Assembly: GCF_009914755.1 (NCBI RefSeq)
Contig: NC_060930.1
Source: the human T2T-CHM13v2.0 reference genome, Homo sapiens
Reading direction: 5' to 3' (one strand)
Length of the DNA: 64,000 nucleotides
Shown: positions 29,880 through 44,383 of the stretch, in pieces
How the letters are laid out: the number at the start of each line of letters is the position of its first letter
Position numbering within the stretch: position 1 is the stretch's first letter
Translations under genes and position numbers: made by a program
The notes under the pieces: generated by a model
Seen by the model: the letters and a program-made list of their open reading frames with translations, nothing else
Database searches by the model: none
Told to the model about the DNA's origin: nothing

Positions 29880-30320
29880 GGTTCTGTTTTAATCCTTGAA
29901 CTGCTTTCCATTTTTGTCAAAACTTGTAATATGATACATAAACTACACGAAGTTGGTAGGAAGTGCTATTATGGATGCTAGAATATAATGCAAAATACAC
30001 TGACCGAGTGGATCAATAATCCCGTACAGTACAGACAAAATTTAACAGGCTCTGAGTTTCAAAAAATTGTAATAAAATCTCTTTCCATTGAAGATGTCCT
30101 GGCTGAAAAAGAAGACCTAAAACTTACTTTAAAATTAAAATGGAATAAAAAAAAAAAGATTGGCTAAAACTGCTAATACATACTTACCAAACAGAATCAA
30201 TCCAAGTTGTGTAGACTGTCCCTTTCCTATTTGTCCCTACTGGAATTATGGTGTTCAGCTCATGTCCAGGAGAAAGGGAACAAGATCATGGATATTCTGG
30301 AAATAAAGGCTTTCGAGTAG
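29880..30320 (+). mobile_element. Possible CR1/L3 fragment
   Basis: 'aaaaagaagaccta', 'ggctaaaactgctaat', 'ctggaattatggtgttcag' resemble the CR1 ORF2 3' region. Confidence 0.4.
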
Positions 30321-30699
30321 TATCTTGCATTTTTCTCAACAGATTTCAAGTGTTGAACCGTTATAGAGGAACAACGCAAAGGACTAAAATAGTCAAGTAA
30401 AGTTGTATGGATGAGAAGAAATGTAACGAAGGGAGTTCATCAAAATGTAGTCTTCTAACCCACATTGGTTTGCTAGATAGCATTTAAATTTGAGAGCTTG
30501 ACTTTGAGGTTGAATATTTAATTTCGACTGAAGAGGTACATTTTAGTGCTCTATCCAACTTCCTTTGGTGTATCAAGGATAGAATCTAGATTTTAATGTC
30601 AGGTGGCTCTTGTTTTATTTCAGTTTCATTCCTTTTTTTTTTTTCTTGTATTCTCCTAACAATTCACAATACATATTCTACTATCTTTTTATATTTAAG

Positions 30700-31440
30700 T
30701 CTCTGTTGGCTACCTACATTTGCCAAATAGAGTTTGTATTTTCCCTATATAGATTTCCAGTTGGTACAACACTGTTTGTTGAGAAGACTATCCTTACTCC
30801 GTTAAATGAGCTTGGCACTTAAAAAAATCTGCTGATCATGCATATGTGGATCTATTTTAAGACTCGATTTTTTTTATTGCTTTATACGAATTTACCACAA
30901 GGCTTTAATTACTAAAACTTTATAATTATTTTGGAATTCAAGTATTTTAAATTCTCCAACTTTGCTTTATTTTTCTCCCAAACTCCTTTTCTTGGGTTAT
31001 TTTTTCATTCCACATACTTTGAAAATAATACATTTGATAATTTCTACAAATAAGTCTAACAGAGTTTTGATTGCGAGTGCAATGAATAAAAAACTTAAAA
31101 TGTTAAAATTATTGAGGGTTTCAAACCATGAACATGGTATTTATCTGCCTTTATTTAGGCTTTTTAAATTTTTCTTAGCAGTTTGATTTAGTTTTCAGTG
31201 TATAGCCTTTACATATTCTGATTTTTAAAAAATCCTTGAATGTTTTATGTTTTTGCAGGTATTTTAAATATAGTTTTTATAAAATAATTTTTTTTAATTT
31301 ATGGGAACATGATTATTGAATGTTTACCTTGCATCTTGCAGCCTTGCTAAATTTACTTATGAGTTCTAATAGCTTTTTTTGGCAGATTCGTTAAAATTAT
31401 CTATATACAAGAACTTACTACCTGTAAATAAAGACCTTTT
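30700..31440 (-). mobile_element. Ancient L1M ORF2 fragment
   Basis: 'ttccagttggtacaacactgtttgttgagaagacta', 'ccatgaacatggtatttatctgcctttatttagg'. Confidence 0.8.
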
Positions 31441-31625
31441 TTTCTTTGTGATTACTAAATAAAACAAAATATCAGATATGACAAAACAGCCAAAAATTTT
31501 TCAAAATAAATAAAAGGCAACGAACCGCAAATCCAAGAAGCTCAGAAATCCTCAAGCCAAAGGAACAGTAGGAAAAAATTTACAAAAAGAAAAAAACTAG
31601 ACATCATTTAAAAATTTAGAAATCA

Positions 31626-31933
<308 letters not shown>

Positions 31934-31949
31934 TCAAAAGTAAAGTAAA

Positions 31950-32660
31950 AATAACCATGTTGAGCATGTTTTTATGTGTTCATTTCAATTCTTCTTAGAA
32001 GTGTCTCTGCAAATTATGTAAAGGAGGTTTTCACTGAGTAAAGAATTACTGGTTGCTAGTTTTATTTTCAATACTTTCAAGATATCAGCTCCATTGACTT
32101 CTTGGCGTAATCTGAAATTAGCATTAAGCTGTGATTATTTTATTTTTAATCTGTACGTTGTGTTTTCTTTTTCTTTGGCTGCATTTCTGATTGTTTTTAC
32201 TTTATCTTTGTTGTCTTTTATTTATTTTGGAAATGTTCTGCTATTACTTCTTTATTCATTACTCATGGTTCATTCCATTTATTTCCCTTGGTGGGGGGTG
32301 GGGGGAGTATGTTCTAATTATACATCTGTCACATTCTTTGTCATTTTCTCTGAGCTGTTTGATACTGTTTTCTTCTATTTTTTCATTAAAAAAAGTCTCG
32401 CCTTAACTTTTTTTGTTTACATTTGGATAATATTTGTTGACCTATCTTTAAATTGACTAATTCATATTTAGCTGTATCTCGTCTGCTACTAAGTTGACAG
32501 AAATATTTGTCGTATTTGATATTGTGTTTTATTTAGAATTTTATATCTAGCTTTTCCATTTTACTCTTTTCCTTAAAAAATTTTTTTCCTCTGATAATAT
32601 TTTTCCATCTCTTTAGGCACGTTGTTCACCTTTCCTATGAGTTTTTTAATTATATTAATC
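31950..32660 (-). mobile_element. Ancient L1M fragments
   Basis: T-rich antisense L1M text 'tttcaatactttcaagatatc', 'ttgacctatctttaaattgactaatt'. Confidence 0.6.
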
Positions 32661-32699
32661 ATAGTGATTTTAATATGGGGGAACATAATACAATCCATA

Positions 32700-33250
32700 A
32701 CGCACCTCTTCCTTTTTATAGAAGTAAAAAGGGGCCACAGATGTCGTTCCTACCAATAAAATCACAAAGTCATTGGACACACATTTTGCCTGCTCAGTAC
32801 TGCCCCACCAGTAAACCGGAAGACTGCAGGGCTTAGAACCGTCAGAGGATTGCTTTGCCTGTCGGTGTCTTTGAGTTCTAGCATTGTCTGGACCAGTCAG
32901 GGATGCTGCTCATACAGCCTTTGCCACGCTGCCTCTGACACCATCACCCATGGCTCCGCTTGGTGGATGCAGCACTTGCTGTAGCCTGTCTCTCAGTGCG
33001 CTGCTGGCCTGAGAGACCAGCAGCGCCCCTTGGATCAATGCACCTGCTCTCCTTCCCGGACCTTGTCTTTTTATTTGAAAGAAGATAGAGAAACTGATCT
33101 CCCTCCACTATGTTCTGCTCCCTTAGAAGGGAACCACAGCCAGACTGCATGAGTCCTGAGCTAGAACATTATTTAGGAAGACGAGTTCTTTTTTTTTTTG
33201 TTTCATATCTACTGATACATGGAGATGTTGGACCCGGAGCCACGGCACAC
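32700..33250. promoter_or_regulatory. Candidate regulatory island (GC-richer, CpG-retaining, not a recognised repeat)
   Basis: About a dozen CpGs, ETS core ACCGGAAG near 32815, weak CTCF-like match on the minus strand near 33022-33036. Confidence 0.3.
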
Positions 33251-33629
33251 TTCCATTCCTCAGATCCTTAGTTGAGTCTCATTCTTCATTCCAGGCTCCT
33301 CATTCATTCAGCTGCTATTTACTGAGTATGCAATGTGCTTAAGAGACCCTAATAATAACTGGGTTTGTTAGTTTTCTATTGCTGCTATGTAACAAATTAC
33401 ATTATTCTTAGTGAACCCTGAATTACAGTATATTTGCCTTCCGAGCCACTGGAAACTGCTCCAGTCTCTGGACAGCTTCTCATCCTAATAGCATCTGATT
33501 TCAGAAATGGTGGTTTGAGGGGGAAATCTGCCTTAAAGAGCATGCTCACTCCTATTGGAATCTCCTGTTTTGAGTCATGTATCTACAAACTCTCACTCCC
33601 TTGAAAACTTTCAAATTCCTTCAATCACT

Positions 33630-33812
33630 GATATCTCTATTTATAGCTATAGCTATATATGATAGCTCTATATATTGGTATCCATATATAGATAGAGCTA
33701 CATATGTTATCTCTCTATGTATATACACATATGCATACATGATATACATATCTATGTCTAGATAGTATATAGATCTATTTCTAGATATAGATGTATCTAT
33801 AGATATAGACTC
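33630..33812. repeat. TA/TAGA-rich low-complexity tract
   Basis: Degenerate (TA)n/(TAGA)n. Confidence 0.8.
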
Positions 33813-36800
33813 TACTTTGATTTTAAAAAGAATTTATATTTGGACCAGCAAGGGCATGTGCTAAACTGATGAAAGTGTTCATTTCAAAGGGCTGAACTTT
33901 GATACTTTATAGAATAAAATTTTTGAATATGAATGATAAATATATGTAAATATTATTTAATATTCTAACAAATATTCTTTACAGAACAAAATGAATTAAA
34001 AGTCCTTCTGGAAGAAAAAGATAATGGATATGTAAAGGCATACTTCATTTACTATTATGAGAAAACAACTAGATATGCATAGCTGTCTCCAGTTAGCATC
34101 CTATTTTCACGGTTTGAGGAGTAAGGTGCAATTAGGGTTGATGGTTCTTGATAGTTTTCCAAGAAAAAGTGATTCTCCACTGTTTTCCTTCAGTTTACTG
34201 ATGTACAAAGACATTATTATACTGATGCTATGATGCAAAATAAATAAAATCAAATATACAATAACTAAAACACAGGAGATGCTTAAGTTTCTCTCTTATC
34301 AGAGATTATTTGAAACACATGCTTTCCTACATAATGTGTTAAATTACAGGCATCTGACACAGTGTGATATCCAGAGGCTTCACTTTGCTGTTACAAATTA
34401 TTTCTTTAAGTACTTTCTATATAGAATCACAAAATACTGTCTCATATTTCTTTGAATATGAGTTTCATTGAAGCTACTTGACTGTAATCTCTTCTGTAGC
34501 TGGATAATAACTCATTCAAAATTCTCTCAGCAACTCTACTTGCTAAAGAGCTTTGAACATAGGACTAGCCTGATTTGCATTTGGTAGATTATATTTTGTT
34601 CAAAAACTAGAACTATCATGATAAACCAGTTTTAACACTTTTTCCAAGCTGTTGTAGTAACCGTTCTTTTTTTAACATACCATTGCTTGGCTAATATATC
34701 ATGTATTCCATCCTTTGAACAGCTGGCATGATACCTAGAATAGATGCAGTGCATTGATTCTTGGCCAGTGGGAATTACAAGCTGGCACCGCACATAACTG
34801 GATAAGCAATAACAATAGCAGATGAAGATGTCTCTGCCTGATTCCAATGGAGACCCTCAAGGAAGCCAAAACTCATGATTTTATTTTTTAAATTTATCCA
34901 GATCCTAAAATATGACTGAATGAAAGAATACCTGGAATATCTCTCTACAACTAATAGAAGAACTGCTAATTCATCTTTTGGTATCTTACTAATTACGCCT
35001 CTCAAAAATCTGTGGACTATAGATAAATAATGAGAGATTGGATAATATTGACTGCTTTCAAATCAACTTATATAATATCTTTCCAAATTCAGTAATGTGT
35101 CAGACTTGTGAGCCAGGTGGATTCTGATGCAAAAGGGAGCACCCTGAGTGCTGCTGACAGGATTAATGAATTTCAGCCATCACCTGTTTGAGTACAGACA
35201 GTGGAGGTGGCAGGGCAAGCTGTGACTTTGACAAGATTAAGTACTATTTTTCATAAGACGTACTAACCTTATTTCCAGGAAGAGTTAGGTTTATATAGAG
35301 TATACTCTAGTAAGCCAACAGCCTATAGTACTTTAGAAATATAAGAGCATTTTGAATGTAAAGAAAATGAATCTAAATCTCTATCACATATGTATTTTTG
35401 AATACATTTATGTATTTGAATAAGTAATATTATGTCCCAGCTCAATCATAACAGTGCCTCTGTAAAGAAAATTATATGTAATCTAGCACTACAGAAAGCC
35501 ATCTGCAAAAGAATTATCTTAAAAAGAGACAGAAAATTAATGATTAGCTCTGTGAAACACATTCATAGAATAATGTAATTTTAGGAATCCTTTAGTCCAA
35601 TACCTTTAATTTACATATGAAATGGTCAAAGCCTAAGCTCATAAACAGAATTTAATGACAGGGCTATGAGCGTTAGTCCTCTATATTTCTGATCATATCT
35701 TTTCTTTCAAATGACCTTGGAAGATCCACTGTAAACTGACATTCATGGAACCCTCCTAGGAGGACTGCATTTCAAACTGGGAATAAGGATACATGTGGCT
35801 CTTTAATTTTATGCATTGACATAATTGCAGAATTAGAGCCATTCTATGTGAACTAAAAGATTTTCTATACTGAAACTATAAACAGAACAAAACATAAAGG
35901 TAATCAGTGACCAAATATCAATAGTAAAGGAAATAAGTCTGAAGAAAATATAACTCAAAATGTATTGTAGTGATCTCTAAATGAAATGTAATATTCCTAT
36001 GTGAGTATTCACTAATATATGTCCAAAAGTTGTTTTGAAGTGAAAGAAAACACAAAAGCTACAACATACCAGCCACCCCCAAAACACCAAAAAGACAAAA
36101 TGGATTGCAGTACAGCCTCTATCCTATTTATGCAAAAAATGTTGGATGAATAGAATAGCATGAAGTCCAGAAAGAGATACACAAAGAATTTTCCTGTGAT
36201 TGCCACCGTGGAGTGGAATTAATGGAAGGAGGGGACATTTTTCTTTCCTGTCTTAAAAAAATCTTTACATTTCTATTTTATTTCTTATACTTATGAAAGT
36301 CTACACATTACTTTGTCATACTATCTTATTTTAAAGTGCTACTGTTTTTGAAATGTGTAATCTGAAGAAGTTAATTCAGTGAATTACCAAATAAGGATAT
36401 ACTTTTGCATACAACAATTGCAAGCATTACCTGAATGATAGAAAATATATCAGAGAGATTAGGAAATGTGATAGGCTCCTATTCAGAAGCAGTACAGTAA
36501 CAGTTATTCCAAAGGAAGCACAGGTTCAAAGTAATTATTTTAGAATGAAAGAACATTGTTATCCTGGGTTATTGGCAAATATCTTTAAAATCGCTAATGT
36601 TAAACTAATGGTTATATGCTATCGTTGATCTATAAGAATCTCACCAAGCAGTTTGCCCTAGACAACTATAAATTCCCCCAAATGCATGTGTCTAAATCTC
36701 TGGGAAGACACTGTCTTGATATATGTACCTTGTGAAAACATTCATACATAAACACAATTCTCTGATCTTCTTTCTGACAAATTCATTGTCTTCCTCAGTC

Positions 36801-37068
36801 TTAAGTGGGCACTAAATTTTGAGATTGAGTTAACCTTGTTCTCATAGGTTGCACAGCTGGAAATGTTAATGTCTTCTTATCTAACTGTTCTCAAAATGAA
36901 GCTATAATATGAACCTCAATTATCCCCTGGGTAAAAGAAGCACCATATATTTCCTGAAGTAACAATAATTGTTATTACTTCAATATTCTTTCTCTTCAAT
37001 TAGATAAGAAGTCCCCAGGAACTGATGACTGCATTAAGAGCACTTGAGAATCAACCAATCCATTTTTA

Positions 37069-37818
<750 letters not shown>

Positions 37819-38594
37819 TAGCTTTCAACTTCTATTTATATGTCCCACATAACCTTTCCTGAATTTCATATATTCAAAGATTGATTTTGAGCAATTGGGC
37901 TGCATGGTTATAGAAATGATTAAATATGATTAAAATATTAGATTCTACGGCTAGAATCTAATGAAACCAATTATCTGGATCTAACTTTTTCAGAAATATC
38001 TACTGTATAGTGAATCTACTTTTAGATTGTAGAAGTCTATGACAGGATAATTTAAATGAGAAAAACAATAATGAATTTCTAGCCCATACGAAAGCACGAT
38101 TGCTTTTAATATTACCTACTCTGACACCTATATGTTACCCATAAGATTTCTTTTTTAAAAAATAAAATATAAAAAATTCAAATGATAATTTCCCAGTATT
38201 TGTGACCTTTCTTTTTCTTATTTCCTGAACAACAAAAAAACATCAAGTTGAAATAGCTACTAGGTAGTAAATTATTTGCTATAAAATGCTTAAAATTGTT
38301 CATTGTTTATACTGTTCATTTCAATAAAGTCAGCATTTAAAGATTATGTTTCTGTCCTTCATTCTCTTGAAAGTTTAGAAGTCAGGAAAAAATTGAGGTC
38401 CAGTGTATTCCACTTTTTCTATTTTTATAATAGTTTTTTTTTCAAAATTGATAAAGTAATAATTTTTTGATGCCAACAATTTATTTATTTACTACAAATC
38501 CTTCATCAAAAGAGTATAATCTGCATTGGCACATCACAGCAGACAACTGCAGATACAACAGCCAGAAGTACTTGGTAAATCCTTGGTTTTACAG

Positions 38595-39104
38595 TGTATT
38601 GATCAGGGATCTGCAGAGAAAAAGAACAAGTTGGGTATATATACGTGTATATATATATACGCTCACACATATAAGAAATTGGCTTGTGCAGTTATGAAGG
38701 CTTAGAAGACCAACAAGCTGCCATCATCTGCAACCAGAAGCTGGAGACCTGAAAAGCTAGTAGTGCAATTCAGTCCAAGTCTGAAGGCCTCAGGACCAGA
38801 AGAGTCAATACTGTAAATTCCTGTTCAAGGAACAGAGAAGATGAAATCAAAGGTCCAGCTCAAGCAGTAAGTCAGCAATAAATGGGGCAAATTCTTCCTT
38901 CTACTACTACTACCTCTTGGTTCCTTTCAAACTCTCAACAGATTGGATGATGCCCACCATATTGGGGATGACAATCTACTTTACTGATTACACCAATTCA
39001 AATGTTCATCTCATGCAGAAACACCCTCACAGACACACCCAGAAATAATGTTAATCTGAGCCCCTGTGACCAGTTAAGTTGACACATACAAATTAATCAT
39101 CATA
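38595..39104 (-). mobile_element. MLT2 LTR (3' LTR of ERVL provirus)
   Basis: tgtattgatcaggg...gaaacaccctcacagacacacccagaaataatg...gttgacacatacaaattaatcatcata. Confidence 0.9.
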
Positions 39105-42035
39105 AGCCAATCCCCTGTCAACTAGGCACCCACAGGCATCTTTTTAAGACACATTTAATCTTACATAAGGACAAAACAAAGTCGTGCAACTATCTTTCCC
39201 ACAACCGAAAATATTAACTCCTTTCCCAGGAGAAGAGGCAAAACACTTGAGTGATGTTTACTGTTTTTCTTGATAACCCATAAATTAAATATTATAATGT
39301 AAAATTTGTAATACCTAAATACTATGAAACAATTAATATATCCGTATTACATGGTTAGGAAATAAAAGAGGAAAGAAAGCATTATATATATTATATACAT
39401 ATGCAAATAGACATTTAAAACAAAATAATGTAGACATATTTATGACAATTACAGTCCTTATTTCTGTGACTGTTCAAGGCCATAGCTGGTATTTGTAACT
39501 ACCCAGTCTGTATCCTCATTGCTTTTTCACCTACCCATTCTGTACTACCTTTGTTTTCAGCAAGCACCTCAGTTGGTCTTGATTTTTTTACCTGACTAGG
39601 TGATCCAAACCTTCAATTTTGAAGGATCTGGGTCATTATTCATAATTTCTGGATTGTGTTGTTGTAGTTTTCCACTGATCTTAATCACAGGGCATGGTAA
39701 TACTAACAGACACCTTAAGGGATCTCCTATATTCGAGACATTCTGTTCTTTAGTCCCTCTGTGATTATTAGTCCAGTTTCCTAATGGAAGTTAGAAGCAA
39801 TCATCCCAGCCAAAACTGTAACTCCCCTTTGGTCTGTTGAGTCAGCGTCATGTGGAGCCCAAAGTGGCTGTGTGGCAGTCTTTATTTCCAGTTCAATGGA
39901 ATTAAAATCATTGTGTTTTTTGAAGAAAGCATTCTTTCCTCTGGAATTATTACCTCTAGGCCAACAGATCATGAAGTCATGGGAACAGGCAGCAAAAAAT
40001 TTGCTGGTGGGTCATTAAGAATAATAGTAAGTGGTGTCACTGAAATTTCTATCCCTTGATTCCTGAACGCATGAGTCTTGGCTATGAGAGAAATACCACG
40101 ATATGTTGGACAATGATTAAGAACACATAGCCTTCTGGAGAACATGGCCCCGGTCCTACAAAATATTGCCACCTAGCTGAGTCTTCAAATGGTCATTCCA
40201 CCATTCCATAAAGCAAGCTGCTTCAGGATGGTTGACAACATGGTAATACCAGTGAATTTCATAGTGTGGCCTATTGACACCCTTCTTTTGCTGTATAGTC
40301 TGTGTAGTGAGTTCCTTGATCAGAAGCAACACTGTGTGGAATACTATGTCAATGGATAGCGATTATGCAAATTCATAGGTGATAGTTTTGGCTGAAGCAC
40401 TATTGCATGTAGGGAAAGGCTAATAGTAGCATACCAGATACCAGGAGTTGTAATAATTTGCTCAAGCATTGAAATCACATCTAGTATAGCAGCTGCAACT
40501 GGACCCGTCCCCTAGTTAAGCTTATAATACTCCACTGTTATTCTCCAAGATTCAGCTATCTTCTGTGCAGGCCAAATAGAAAAGGTCAATGGAGATGTGG
40601 TGGAAATCATCAACTCTGCATCTTTTGAGTCCTTGATGGTGACACTAATCTCTGCAATCCTTCTAGGGATGCAGTATTCTCATTATTTACTATTTTCCTG
40701 GGCAGAGGCAGTTCTTATGACTTCTACTTGGCCTTTCCTACCATATTAGCCTCATTTCAGAGGTCATTGGATTAAAAGGAAGATTCTGCAAGTTACTAAA
40801 TATTTTTATTCCAATTATGCATTTCAAAACTGGAGAAATAACCACAGAATGGGCTCAGGGATACACTGGACCCACTGTGAGACAGACCACAGATAAAACT
40901 TCATTGATCACCTGACTTCCATAAGTGTCTACTCTGACTGGTGGGTCATAGTAACATTTTTCATGTCCGAGAATCAGTATCAGTTCAGAGCCAGGGTCAA
41001 GTAGTCTCGGAGAGGTCTGATTATTTTCGGTTCCTCAGTGTACAATTATCCCACTAAAAGGCCATAGGTCCTTTTGGTGAAGGCTAGGAGAAAGATTAAC
41101 CTGGAATTTGGAAGGCCACCACTTCTGGGCATGGGGAGGCCAATTCCACTGAAGGTGAGAGGCCACCTGCATTGGCAAAGAAAAATCATCAGAATTTAGA
41201 GATCAATGATCACAACTCTAGCAGGATCGTCCCACATGTCCCCATTTTGACTTATACAATCTTTATCATTGATGGACTTTTTTTTCCCAATCAATGCCTT
41301 TACTTTAATAATAGACATGCTATGAATTTGGAAGTTCAATTTCTGTTGTAATTCAGCCACTCACAAGATGAAGTTCTGCATTTTGTTTTTAGGGATTTCT
41401 GCCCTGCTACCAGAAAAGAAGAAAGTTTCCTTCAGGGTACACATAAGAGCTCTTAGGTTATTTATGTGGCATTTGAGATGGGAATGGAAATCTCTGATCT
41501 CATCTTTTTCTTTCACCATGTTGTCCAGCAACATTAAGAGCAATCATTGAGCATCATTATATCCCTTAGTTTTCCAAAAATATTTGAAATTATAATATAC
41601 AGTCATTCCTTGTTATCTACAGTGAATCAGTTCCAGGATTTCTGTGGCTATCAAAATCTGTAACTGCTCAATCCCTTATATAAAATGGCATAGTATTTGC
41701 ATTAAGCTATGCACATCTTTCTGTATACTTTATCTCCAGGTGACTTAAATACCTAATACAATGCAAATGTCATGTAAATAGTTGTTACATTCTGTTGTTT
41801 ATAAAATTTGTATTATTTGATATTGTTATATTGTTATTTTATTAGTTTCTTAAAAATACTTTTCATTCATGTTGGTTAAATCTGCAGATGTAAAATATGA
41901 GGTTACAGAGGGCCAACTGTATAGAGTCACCTAGCTCCTTGCTTCTTCTTAGTGTCTTTATAAGTAGTTTATACTCTGGGACTATCAGTGCACTCTTTAT
42001 CACTGGAGATAGAGTCATTTGCATGTTTAGATTTT
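39105..42035 (-). mobile_element. ERVL internal region (gag/pro/RT/IN/dUTPase remnants, heavily deleted)
   Basis: Minus-strand translations: RT-like AEISVTIKDSKDA..TTSP..IWP..SWRITVEYYKLN (~40510-40660); protease-like LLDPGSELILI (~40975-41010); dUTPase-like GVTVLAGMI (~39800-39830); gag-like LLDNMVKEKDEIRD (~41490-41535). Confidence 0.9.
41600..41919 (+). mobile_element. MER2 (Tigger MITE) inserted in ERVL gag
   Basis: ta|cagtcattcc...cccttatataaaatggcatagtatttgca...gagggccaactg|ta. Confidence 0.9.
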
Positions 42036-42775
<740 letters not shown>

Positions 42776-43695
42776 TTAGTTTTTGGGTCTGGTATGCCAA
42801 GAAAGATTTTAATTTAATCATCATCCCCATAGTTTCCACCTAAACACAAAGTTAGCCTATTTTTTTGAATGTTTTATGTCCTGGCTCTTCCTCCTACTCC
42901 TCCTCTTTGTCTTCTGAAATAAATGTACTAGACAGTGCTTGTTTATAAAAATGAAAAACATTTTATTCAGATTAAAATTTGCTTTGCAGAAAAAACATTT
43001 TGTCAATAGTTTACTGCAAATCATTGAGAAAGACTGCTGCAAATTCATCATGAGATCTTCAAATGATGCATTTTTGCAGTTTTAAATTTTTCCACACACT
43101 GTAGACATACTTAAAACACAATTCATTTAGCAAATCATCTCCTTTTTTTCATTCACTTCTCATCAGTTTTTTGACAATGATCATTGCTTCCTATTGTATC
43201 AACATGGTCTCAATGATATCTGCATTTATTGTATCCACCGTTTCATAATGAAAGGTATTTTTCAGTTATTATAATGTTACATGCTGTCTTAAAGCTTTCT
43301 AGAAACCACAAAACTTATATAGTTTATTTCAATTTTATGCTTAAAATTATCTGGATGAAGTGTGGTGCTATATGCATGGCAAGGCTCTTAATTTCTCAGG
43401 CTTCATCTCTTTCAATACACTCACAATTTCAAACTGTCTTTTGATGTATAGACTTTGCTAGGTCTCTTAAGTTGCTTGGTTTTGTAACAAAGTATTTCAC
43501 TATTCTAAAAGTTATTTTTATTTCATAATGGGAAGAAGACATTACAAATGATGCACACACAACATGTTTGAATATCAGGAGAATAAGCTGTATTTTTTTC
43601 AAAACGGAAGTAGAGATTCAACTGTGATTCCTGTATCTCATATTCCCAACAAGGCTTGCATACAACTGAAAGGTCGAGTGGAGAAATCTTATCCA

Positions 43696-44383
43696 CACGG
43701 CCCCTAACCAACATGGTTTGACGTATGATTCTTCAACTTTACGATGGTGAATGTACACAAGTAATACACTTTCAGTGGAGGTAGTACTTCCAATTTTTGG
43801 CTGGGAGTGGTGGCTCATGCCTGTAATCCCAGCAATTTAGGAGGCTAAGGCTGGCGGATCGCTTGAGCTCAGGAATTCAAGACCAGCTTGGGCAACTTGG
43901 CAAAACCCCATCTCTACTAAAAATACAAAAAATTAGCTAGTCATGGTGGCTCATGCTTGTAATCCCAGCTACTCAGGAGGCTGAGGCAGGAGAATCGCTT
44001 AAACCCAGGAGGTGGAGGTCGCAGTGTGCCAAGATCACGCCACTATACTCCAGCCTGGGCAACAGAGTTAGACCCTGTCTCAAAAAAAAAAAAAAAGATT
44101 TTTGTTCTTTTCCTGGTCTAATGAGAGGCCGTAGATGCTCACCCTCCAGTTAGCCACAGAATCATATGGGTCAACAACGAATATTCGATAATGAGCTGTG
44201 TTGCCAGGTGATTTTTGCCCAACTGTAGGCTCATAGAAGTGTTCTGATCATGTTTAAGTTAGGCTAGGCGAAATTATGATGCTTCACAGATCAGGTGTAT
44301 TAACTGCATTTTTGATTTACAATATTTTCTATGTATGATGGGTCTGTTGGGGCATCACCCCATCATAAGTTGAGCAGCATCTG
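43696..44383 (-). mobile_element. Tigger3-family element split by an Alu, lying between the inverted arms
   Basis: 'gatttttgcccaactgtaggct...ttaggctagg' and terminus 'ccatcataagttgagcagcatctg|ta'; homologous to 24558-25239. Confidence 0.85.
43799..44096 (+). mobile_element. Alu (Jb/Sz-like)
   Basis: Full sense Alu with poly-A. Confidence 0.95.
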
